Shown in pieces: positions 9,227-16,973 of a stretch of 24,602 bases of DNA. The notes under the pieces are model-generated. The model saw nothing but the letters and a program-made list of their open reading frames with translations, was not told the origin of the DNA and ran no database searches. The first letter of the stretch is position 1. Every line of letters begins with the position of its first letter. A program made the position numbers and the translations under genes. The stretch comes from Bdellovibrionota bacterium (GTDB lineage: Bacteria > Bdellovibrionota_C > UBA2361 > JBGSMV01): positions 1-24,602 of the forward strand of contig JBIKWF010000063.1 in NCBI GenBank assembly GCA_044356455.1, in the 5' to 3' direction.

Positions 9227-9739
9227 CTAGTACCTAAGAAGCGAAGCAATCTTATACTCGGGAAGCGCTTTACGACCGCCCAGAAATTCAAGCTCTATTA
9301 CAAATAATTGAGCCACGACTTCCGCGCCAAGCATTTCAACAAGCTTCGCAGCAGCCCGGGCAGTTCCACCAGTGGCGAGTACATCATCAACTATAACCAC
9401 GCGATCACCTCGGGCAAGAGCATCCTGATGGATGTCGAGCTGGCTTGTGCCATATTCAAGTGCATACTCAACCTTCATCCTTGCAGCAGGAAGCTTCCCC
9501 GGCTTGCGCACCGGCACAAAGGGAAGCTTGAGGCTCGTGGCAAGGGGCGCCCCAAATATGAAACCGCGGGATTCAACTCCTACGATTGCCGTAGGGTGAA
9601 CGGCGCTGGCTAGCTCAGATAATCTGAGGATCACTTCTCGAAAAGCTTCTGAACTCTTTAGGAGCGGGGTTATGTCGCGAAAGAGCACGCCTGGCTTGGG
9701 GAAGTCTGGGATATCACGGATGAACGTCTTTAGTTCCAT
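9227..9739 (-). CDS. apt: Adenine phosphoribosyltransferase
   Basis: IPDFPKPGVLFRDITPLL, ESRGF, RKPGKLP, LEYG, and the PRPP-binding motif VIVDDVLATGGT. Confidence 0.97.
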   Translation of the reverse strand: MELKTFIRDIPDFPKPGVLFRDITPLLKSSEAFREVILRLSELASAVHPTAIVGVESRGFIFGAPLATSLKLPFVPVRKPGKLPAARMKVEYALEYGTSQLDIHQDALARGDRVVIVDDVLATGGTARAAAKLVEMLGAEVVAQLFVIELEFLGGRKALPEYKIASLLRY

Positions 9740-9782
9740 GGGCACTCAATCAAAATTGGCTCTCACGTGAGGACCTATATCC

Positions 9783-9809
9783 TTCTATACCGCTATCATT
9801 CTATACCGC
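9783..9809. promoter_or_regulatory. 11-bp direct repeat TTCTATACCGC (x2) in the divergent apt/flippase intergenic region
   Basis: Copies at 9783-9793 and 9799-9809. Confidence 0.35.
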
Positions 9810-9917
9810 GGGGCACCTCCCCAGAGTAGCAGGTTTCTCGGGACCAGAGCCCTGGCGTTTAAGCTACCTCACTTCTTGGCCTTACCCTCGAGAACTGCTA
9901 GCGTTCCGACCTTGACC

Positions 9918-11030
9918 ATGGCTAGCTTCATTGTACAACATCTTGCCTCCTTGAGGCGCCCATTGCTTAAGGTCTTGCCTTGGGCCATCACCATTGCTGC
10001 CCTCTATTATACCTTCAAGGGAATTTCGATCTCAGTTCTCGTGGACCATCTCCACGAGGCCAAGCTTAATTTTGTTTTCGCAGCCTTGTTACTTACGAGC
10101 GCCTCCTACCTGCTCAGAGCGTATCGCTGGCAGAAGCTGTTTCCCGTGCACACGCTTTCCTATGCCAACGCTGCCCGAGTCCTGTTTCTTGGCTTTTTCA
10201 TGAACAACATCCTCCCCGCGCGAGCTGGAGAGTTCGTGCGGGCGCATATGGGAGCCCGTGTTTCAGGGGAAACGCGCACGTTGGTTCTGGCCACCATTGC
10301 AAGCGAAAGGCTCGTAGATGGACTGACCATCAGCTTTCTGTTTGTCCTATTCTCACTTGGAATGGGAGATGCCGACACCTCCCACAATATGCTTCTTGTC
10401 GCCTGGCTCTTTGCCGGAGCCGGGGCCAGTGTTGTCGCAGTCCTCTTACTTAGAGAGCAGCTCCTTAGTCTCGCCGGACGGCTCCACCGCCGCATTGACT
10501 CGCCCCGCTCTGAATACCTTATTGGACGGCTTGAGCTTTTTTTGCACGGGCTCTCTCCGCTTTGCTCCCTTCGAAAAGCGATTCCAATTGCACTTTGGTC
10601 ATTTACCATTTGGGGCGTTGAATTATTGGTGTATGGAGCCGTAACTCGCTCCTTTGGCGCAGATCTTACTTGGGCCCAATGTGTACTCTTTCTCGTCGCA
10701 GTAAATTTCAGCTCCCTAATCCCTGCTGCCCCGGGCGGAATCGGAGTAATTGAAGCGGTTGCCACCACCGTCCTTGTCTCGGTAGGAGTAGAGCGAGAAC
10801 ATGCCCTCACTATGGCAATCTGCCAGCACTTTATCCAATATCTTGTCGTGGGAATCCCAGGCGCCATTATCATGCTCAATTGGAAGAAAACGATTGAGCA
10901 AGCTCGCGCGATGGAAGGAAGAGACTCGGAAGGGGCCGATCTAGAATCGAATAGCAAGGCGCAGTCAAGCCATGCGTCTCAGCCGCCGACTGAAGCTGCC
11001 ACTCTTTCTGGAGGCGCCAGGCTCAGGTAG
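9918..11030 (+). CDS. Lysylphosphatidylglycerol-synthase TM domain (UPF0104) flippase-like membrane protein
   Basis: LRAYRW, GFFMNNILPARAGEFVR, ERLVD, PAAPGGIGVIE; multiple TM helices. Confidence 0.9.
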   Translation: MASFIVQHLASLRRPLLKVLPWAITIAALYYTFKGISISVLVDHLHEAKLNFVFAALLLTSASYLLRAYRWQKLFPVHTLSYANAARVLFLGFFMNNILPARAGEFVRAHMGARVSGETRTLVLATIASERLVDGLTISFLFVLFSLGMGDADTSHNMLLVAWLFAGAGASVVAVLLLREQLLSLAGRLHRRIDSPRSEYLIGRLELFLHGLSPLCSLRKAIPIALWSFTIWGVELLVYGAVTRSFGADLTWAQCVLFLVAVNFSSLIPAAPGGIGVIEAVATTVLVSVGVEREHALTMAICQHFIQYLVVGIPGAIIMLNWKKTIEQARAMEGRDSEGADLESNSKAQSSHASQPPTEAATLSGGARLR

Positions 11031-11074
11031 AGTAGCGCGAAGCTCACCAGCTGTGGCAACTTTTAGATCCCGTC

Positions 11075-11851
11075 ATGCAAGAGACGATAGAAATTTCGGT
11101 GATCATCCCTGCGTTTAATGAAGAACGTCGATTACCTCCTACCCTGCTAGACTACGTCGACTACCTGAATCTTAACTATAAGAGCTATGAAGTACTTGTA
11201 GTAGATGATGGCAGCTCTGACCATACCGCAGCGGTCACCCAAAAGTTCTCACGACTGCATCCGCGCGTCAGAATAATTAAACTTGAGCGCAATCGAGGCA
11301 AGGGCTGTGCGGTACGCACCGGAATGCTCGCAGCCGTGGGTATCAGACGACTCTTTGCCGACGCAGATGGCGCAACCCCCTGCGCCGAGCTCTCCCGGCT
11401 TGAAGCTGCGCTTTCGAGTGGTTCAGACATCGCCATAGGCTCGCGCGCCCTGAGTTCGGCCGACACCTCAATCTCTACCAAGTGGTATCGTAAGTATCTT
11501 GGGCGAGGATTTAACGCCTGTGTTAATGCGCTGATTCTCCCTGGTGTGGCAGATACTCAGTGCGGCTTTAAACTTTTCTCTGCGCAAGCGGCTGAAGCCA
11601 TCTTTTCTCGCCAAACAAGTGATGGCTTCAGCTTTGATGTCGAAATTCTGTACCTTGCGAGGCGGCTTGGCTTTGCCATTCGTGAAGTCCCGATAAATTG
11701 GATCAATATCCCGGGGTCAAAGGTCAACCTGGTGGCAGACTCCCTAAAAATGTTTCGCGATATTCTGCGATTTAGGGTTATTCACCGCGCTGTCACGCGA
11801 GTCGATCTCTCTCATCCCCACGCAAGTGATTCGAAGACCCAGTCCACGTAA
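11075..11851 (+). CDS. GT2 polyprenyl/dolichyl-phosphate glycosyltransferase (Alg5/DPM-like)
   Basis: SVIIPAFNEERRL, VVDDGSSD, NRGKG, FADADGAT, GSR, DTQCGFKLF, FDVEIL, GSKV. Confidence 0.93.
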   Translation: MQETIEISVIIPAFNEERRLPPTLLDYVDYLNLNYKSYEVLVVDDGSSDHTAAVTQKFSRLHPRVRIIKLERNRGKGCAVRTGMLAAVGIRRLFADADGATPCAELSRLEAALSSGSDIAIGSRALSSADTSISTKWYRKYLGRGFNACVNALILPGVADTQCGFKLFSAQAAEAIFSRQTSDGFSFDVEILYLARRLGFAIREVPINWINIPGSKVNLVADSLKMFRDILRFRVIHRAVTRVDLSHPHASDSKTQST

Positions 11852-11888
11852 GCGCGGGAAGGTTTGGGCCCCCCCAAAAAAAACATCC

Positions 11889-12030
11889 CTAAGGGGCTCA
11901 GCCAAGCCTATGCCGCGGCGCAGCGTTAGCGGAGCCGGGGACGCGAAGTACGCGGAGGAAAAACCGGACAGCAGAGAATCAACCTCTGGATATTTCGGAG
12001 GCTCCCTCAGTCACTTCCGTGCACTTCGAT
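11889..12030. repeat. Degenerate member of the intergenic repeat family
   Basis: ACGCGAAGTACGCGGAG (11941-11957) has an imperfect inverse CTTCCGTGCACTTCGAT (12014-12030); TIR-like CTAAGGGGCTC and TTTCGGAGGCTCCCT. Confidence 0.35.
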
Positions 12031-12284
12031 TTCACGCAAACTAGCGTCCATGTCCACAAAAACCGTCCTAGAACATCGTCACACACGAATTCCCGGGCGC
12101 TTTTACAAAGTTATTACATAGCTAGTACGTGCGCGTGACAACTCAGCCCCCCGTTCTGGCACAAAAGGGGGAGAACAATCGAGGCCTTCTTTCGAAGCCG
12201 CCTCGATGAATAGTTCTACTACACACGGAAAGGTCCGCGGACAGGAAATCACGGACGGGTTTGAGGTTTCAGGGAATGATTTGT

Positions 12285-12926
12285 ATGAAGCAGAAAAAAG
12301 TTACCGACACGCAGCTCGTAGAGAAAGTTCGCCAGGGTTCCATGGAGGCTTTCGAAGAGATCATCTCGCGCTACGAAAGTAAGGTCTACAACCTCGCCAT
12401 GAGATTCTGCCGCAATCAAGAAGATGCGGAAGAGGTTCTGCAGGACGTATTCTCAACCATCTACTCAAAGCTTGATGGCTTTCGTGGCCAATCTCAGTTT
12501 TCAAGTTGGATGTACCGCATCATCGTGAACGCAGCTTTCATGAAGCTACGCAAACGCAAACAGTCCCACACGATATCTCTCGAAGATCTTGCTCCTCAAG
12601 TTCGTCAAAGTTGCCTCGAGCAAGACAATCCCGTCCTGCATCGGTCCGACACCATCACCCAGAATAATGAGCTTCGAAAAACACTCGATGCCGCAATCGG
12701 CCGGCTGCCAAGTCAGTATCGTGCTGTTTTTATCTTGCGAGACGTCGACGGGCTTTCGAATCAGGAAGTAAGTGAGATTCTGGGGCTGTCTATTCCCGCC
12801 GTAAAATCGCGCCTCCATCGTTCGCGCCTCATGCTTAGGCGCAGACTCCAGCGCTACTATCTCGAATTCGCGGGTCGAAAAGAACTTCCCCCTGAGATAC
12901 GAGAGGAGGCGAATCAGTCGCTTTAA
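12285..12926 (+). CDS. ECF (group 4) sigma-70 factor
   Basis: Region 2 DAEEVLQDVF...FSSWMYRI; region 4 LPSQYRAVFILRDVDGLSNQEVSEILGLSIPAVKSRLHRSR; ATG 12285 follows AGGGA. Confidence 0.93.
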   Translation: MKQKKVTDTQLVEKVRQGSMEAFEEIISRYESKVYNLAMRFCRNQEDAEEVLQDVFSTIYSKLDGFRGQSQFSSWMYRIIVNAAFMKLRKRKQSHTISLEDLAPQVRQSCLEQDNPVLHRSDTITQNNELRKTLDAAIGRLPSQYRAVFILRDVDGLSNQEVSEILGLSIPAVKSRLHRSRLMLRRRLQRYYLEFAGRKELPPEIREEANQSL

Positions 12927-13063
12927 GTGTTACGTCTCGAAGGCGAGAAGTCAGAGAGACAGCTACTGCGAGATGTAAGGCCGTCCTCTGAATCTCATGT
13001 TTGATTTGTCGTTGTCTGCGGCTCACTCCAGCAGTCTCAGACCCTCACCACGGATACTCCCTC

Positions 13064-13552
13064 ATGTTCGGCAAGCTCTTTGGATTTGAAGTAGTAAAGG
13101 GTGAAACCGAGCACATTTCCTTCTCGGGAAAACGTGCGCGCCGACCTACCGTTCTCATTCGAGTGGGCCGCCTATCACTATCGAAAAAGGCATTTTTGCT
13201 CGGGGCTACCCTTGCAATTTGCCAGGTCTTAGATGGCTTGCTTACCTATACGGGCCTTTCCCTCCTCGGCGTGCACATGGAGGGCAACGCATTCATTCGA
13301 ACTCTCGTGATCGCCTATGGAGCCGCGCCCGCTCTCTTTTTAGTGAAACTTGTCGCAATACTTCTTGCGGCGCTCCTTATGTTTCAGGCACACCAGCGAC
13401 GCTGGGTACGCCCACTTATTGCAATGCTCATTCTGATTTACTTTGGCCTCGCAGTAGTCCCTTGGACGTATATCATTTCCGCTACTTCTGCCCGGATGAC
13501 TTCTGAGCAGATGGTGCCTGAGCAGTCGCCGGCTCCGGCTTCTCAAGATTAA
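13064..13552 (+). CDS. DUF5658-like small membrane protein
   Basis: LDGLLTY..L....EGN..I motif and 3-4 hydrophobic segments. Confidence 0.7.
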   Translation: MFGKLFGFEVVKGETEHISFSGKRARRPTVLIRVGRLSLSKKAFLLGATLAICQVLDGLLTYTGLSLLGVHMEGNAFIRTLVIAYGAAPALFLVKLVAILLAALLMFQAHQRRWVRPLIAMLILIYFGLAVVPWTYIISATSARMTSEQMVPEQSPAPASQD

Positions 13553-14243
13553 GAATACGCGCTTCACCGTGATACGCCTCGGTCTTCTTGGCGTCTACTC
13601 CGCGCAGTCGTTCAATTAACTCTGCCATGCGCTTTGCATCCGCCTTTACCGCATGAAGCGCTTTCTGGAAGCGCTCATCTGTTGAGGGCAGTCGCTCCAA
13701 CAAGTGGCAGTTGAGCATTATCGCTGAAAGTGGTTGACCCAATTGATGCGCCGCGGTCCCTGCTAACTGACTGACGACCACCTGACGTTCATGCTGCACC
13801 AGCTTTTCCTGCATTGCGACGAGCTCTTTATTTTTTTCCGCTAGTCGCACATTTAATTCACGCACACGAAGCAGCGCTTTGATGCGCGCCTGGAGTTCCT
13901 CCAAATGGAATGGTTTTGTGAGGTAATCATCGACCCCGCCTTCGAAAGCCGACACTTTATCGCGTACCGTTTCGTTAGCGGTAAGAATAAGCACGGGGAT
14001 AAGCGCGCCGCTCTCAGACTCTTTAATAGCTTTGCAAACCTCTGAGCCGGTAAGACCCGGCATGTTCATATCAAGTACCGCAAGGTCAGGATGTCTATCC
14101 GTAAACACCTGGAGCGCTTCCGTTCCATCTCTCGCCTCCATCACCTCAAACCCAAGCGCAGATACACCGATAGCCACAATCGCTCGGGCATCACTATCGT
14201 CATCAGCAACAAGGATGCGCGTTACAGGAAGGTCATTTGTCAT
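13482..14243 (-). CDS. Receiver domain fused to a coiled coil and HisKA (DHp) domain, with no ATPase domain
   Basis: ILVADDD, LDMNMP (phospho-Asp), LT, KPF; H-box AAHQLGQPLSAI; ORF ends before any N/G1/F/G2 box. Confidence 0.85.
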   Translation of the reverse strand: MTNDLPVTRILVADDDSDARAIVAIGVSALGFEVMEARDGTEALQVFTDRHPDLAVLDMNMPGLTGSEVCKAIKESESGALIPVLILTANETVRDKVSAFEGGVDDYLTKPFHLEELQARIKALLRVRELNVRLAEKNKELVAMQEKLVQHERQVVVSQLAGTAAHQLGQPLSAIMLNCHLLERLPSTDERFQKALHAVKADAKRMAELIERLRGVDAKKTEAYHGEARILNLEKPEPATAQAPSAQKSSGQK

Positions 14244-14477
14244 AGGTCCTCGATCCTACTTAGGAAATTGGCCTAGGCGAAAGGAAAATTATGCCTTCTG
14301 GCCTGATAATTTCATGTGCAGGCCGCATATTTACTTAGTGGTTTCAGGGCCTTAGGGAATGCTTGAAGCGTCAAGCTCTCCCCTCGGACCGTCGATACTA
14401 GAGGTAGGAATTTAGTGAGTTATCTCAGTGCATCGTAGCGCATGGATGTCGCTACTTTTTGGCTGGTCGCTACGCCT

Positions 14478-15347
14478 ATGGATTTTGCACAACAATTCAA
14501 ACGGGGTGGGCCGGCAAAGTTCACAGACGCGGAGCGCAAGAACGCCTCCATACTCGTCATTGAACCGGAAGCCTCTCTCAGAAATAGCCTCAGGCAGATG
14601 CTCATACGTCTTGGCTACGGCACCGTCAGTGACGCCAGCGATCACATCCAGGCTCTCAAAAAATTTGAAGAACGTCGCTTTACGCACATCATCTTCGAAG
14701 CAAAGAAAACTTCGATGCCCACGACGGAGTTCCTCACAAAAGTAATAGAATTAGATAGCGCAGTCATAACTATTCCCGCCTCCTGGGAACCTAACGTGGA
14801 TGATGTTTTTGGTCTCCTTATCATTGGAGCACGCGGCTTTATCGTAAAACCCTTCACCGAAGAGTCTGTCGATGAATCTATCATCATGGCATCAAAGGGA
14901 GAGCCAATTTCGGATGCTATTCTCTACGCCAAGGATAGAAATGAGGCGCTGGCTTCACTCATCATGACCCAGCTAGACAAGCTTGCAACCACGCTCCGGC
15001 AATCCCAGCACTTTGAAACTGCGCGTCGTGAAATTCCGCGTCGAACCGCGGGTCTTAGGCGAACCATGGATATTGGGAGAACCTTCGCACGCGGAGGACC
15101 AGAGAAGTTACTCGAGTCTTTGGTAGAGTTCTGTCTTGAGCGCAGTGACGGTCCAGCGACAAGACTTGGACGTTTACGAAAGAGGCTCGTGGGAAGAAAA
15201 CCTCTCCCTGCAAAAGCCGCAGCATCAGAGAATTCCGCGAGTGGAGAGCTTCCTACTGAGCCGCCCTCGGATACTACCGCTCAGCAGCCAGAGGAAGGTG
15301 AAACCACCCCCGCAGCACTCTCAGCCTCTACGGAAACGCCCCAATAG
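14478..15347 (+). CDS. Atypical (pseudo-)receiver domain protein with a helical C-terminal region
   Basis: ILVIEPE replaces the DD pocket; IIFEA has Glu at the phospho-Asp position; GARGFIVKPF is retained; P/E/T-rich tail. Confidence 0.75.
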   Translation: MDFAQQFKRGGPAKFTDAERKNASILVIEPEASLRNSLRQMLIRLGYGTVSDASDHIQALKKFEERRFTHIIFEAKKTSMPTTEFLTKVIELDSAVITIPASWEPNVDDVFGLLIIGARGFIVKPFTEESVDESIIMASKGEPISDAILYAKDRNEALASLIMTQLDKLATTLRQSQHFETARREIPRRTAGLRRTMDIGRTFARGGPEKLLESLVEFCLERSDGPATRLGRLRKRLVGRKPLPAKAAASENSASGELPTEPPSDTTAQQPEEGETTPAALSASTETPQ

Positions 15348-15405
15348 TACCCTACTACTTCGTCTCTCTGTTCAGTAACGCTCTGAGCTATGATAAACAT
15401 CTACC

Positions 15406-16068
15406 ATGTCCGTCTTTATAAAATTCTCGCGTCCTGGCTCTTCCGATAAAGTGGTGCGGGTCAAAGCGGCTCATAGCCGCTTTGGACTAGATGCATTTGG
15501 AATTCCATGTTTTGAGTCCCCCGTTACCGCCTGGGGTTCCCTGCTAGTGACAGGTTCTGAGGGCGTAGTAATCCCCGAGACTTCAGCACTAAAAATCGAG
15601 GGCCGGAACCTTCTCACGCGTGAAGCATTACGGCTGAAAGATGGAACGACCTGCTCAATCGGAGAGGTGACTCTTTCGTTCTTCTTTACTTCGCCTGCCG
15701 CAGAAGCCCTTTCAGAGACACCAGAAATTACCTCGGCATTGGACTCGAGTTATACTCTCGAAGAGCTTCCCTCTCTCACTTATACGCTGCCCTCTATTGG
15801 CCGAACCATTCCACTTTTCCCTGGCGCCTCCTATTCACTTGGCTCAGATATTTCATGCGCCCTGTATCTTCCGCTCGCAGGAGTTGCCCCACATCATGCA
15901 GTCATATCGGTAACTTCCTATGAGGTTACGATTTTATCTCAGGAGGGCTGCTTGGACTTAGTTCCCGCAGTCGGCGGTAGAATGGTTTCTGCTCTGCCAG
16001 TTACGGCGCGCCTTCTCCCTACAGGCATTCCACTCTCCTTTCGGGCTGGAGCAACCAGAGGAAACTAA
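15406..16068 (+). CDS. FHA-like domain protein (SctD/YscD-cytoplasmic-like), no TM helix
   Basis: YSLGSDISCALYLPLAGVAPHHAVISV; a first degenerate FHA-like half ending LKDGTTCSIGEVTLSF. Confidence 0.6.
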   Translation: MSVFIKFSRPGSSDKVVRVKAAHSRFGLDAFGIPCFESPVTAWGSLLVTGSEGVVIPETSALKIEGRNLLTREALRLKDGTTCSIGEVTLSFFFTSPAAEALSETPEITSALDSSYTLEELPSLTYTLPSIGRTIPLFPGASYSLGSDISCALYLPLAGVAPHHAVISVTSYEVTILSQEGCLDLVPAVGGRMVSALPVTARLLPTGIPLSFRAGATRGN

Positions 16069-16095
16069 GGATACGCTCTCTTTTCCCCTAGCTTT

Positions 16096-16425
16096 CTAGG
16101 CCTCTATCCGCAGCACCTTCCTAAGCTCATCCTGCAAGCCCGGATCTGTTTCAAGCATAAGGCGAAGAAATGATTCCATCTCGGCATCACCATGAAGCCG
16201 TTCTGAAACCTTGCTTGCTATCGCTGAGATGGCCGCCTCAACACTCTTAAAGCGCTGAGAGGACAACTGCTCAACTTCTTGTTGCCATACTTGAGCAACA
16301 AGTTTTGAGCGCTCGGCCTCACTGCGCGAAACGGATTCTTTCACTTGAGCATGGGCACCAAAACTTTTCGCGCTTTTGGGCTTCTTCGAAGGACTCTCTG
16401 TTGGTTTATGTTTCAGTTTGCTCAT
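16096..16425 (-). CDS. Hypothetical protein, last gene of the T3SS-like operon
   Basis: ATGA overlap with the TPR gene and a GAGG RBS; basic N-terminus, helical C-terminus. Confidence 0.7.
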   Translation of the reverse strand: MSKLKHKPTESPSKKPKSAKSFGAHAQVKESVSRSEAERSKLVAQVWQQEVEQLSSQRFKSVEAAISAIASKVSERLHGDAEMESFLRLMLETDPGLQDELRKVLRIEA

Positions 16426-16973
16426 TGGTTCCTCATCGACTCAAGGTTACTCATAATTACGGGGTGCGGCGCAAGAGCTGCTGCCTTTCTAAGTTCCTGC
16501 AAGGCCCTGGCTTCAGCTTTGCGGGAGCTCGCTTCATCAAAAAGCGCCGCTGCTATGTTATTCCTTATCCTTGGATTACTCGGATTTGAGCGAAGAGCCG
16601 CTTCGTAGAGCTTGAGCGCCTCTTTTCGCTTCCCGAGAAGGTCATAAAGCACCCCCAGGTTAGCGAGAGGCGTTCTATAGCTTGGATCGAGCTCAAGAGC
16701 CTTCAAAAAATAGCTCTCTGCCCTCACGTAGTTACCTTCTAGAAGTGCCACACAGCCCAAACCATCGAGGGCAGGCGCTGTGCCACCTATCTCGAAGGCG
16801 ACTTGGAACGAGGCTCGCGCTTCGTCAAACTGAGCCCTGCGCAGGTATCCTGTACCCTGTTCCACAAGTTTTTCAGCTTCGCTTTCCCTCCCTGCATCAG
16901 GCTGAGGAGGCGCGAAACAGGCCGAAAGGATGCCCGCTAGAAATGCTACCAGCAAAAATTTGAACGTTCTCAT
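16422..16973 (-). CDS. TPR-repeat lipoprotein (pilotin-like)
   Basis: Lipobox LSAC; TPR patterns LG..AL..G.Y..A...F.KALELDP, NLGVLY, NNIA; ATGA overlap with the export gate gene. Confidence 0.85.
   Translation of the reverse strand: MRTFKFLLVAFLAGILSACFAPPQPDAGRESEAEKLVEQGTGYLRRAQFDEARASFQVAFEIGGTAPALDGLGCVALLEGNYVRAESYFLKALELDPSYRTPLANLGVLYDLLGKRKEALKLYEAALRSNPSNPRIRNNIAAALFDEASSRKAEARALQELRKAAALAPHPVIMSNLESMRNQ

Noticed and set aside
10160..10957. 265-aa minus-strand ORF, and similar antisense ORFs over sctV, sctQ-like, apt and asparaginase genes
   Set aside because: Shadow ORFs opposite well-supported genes.
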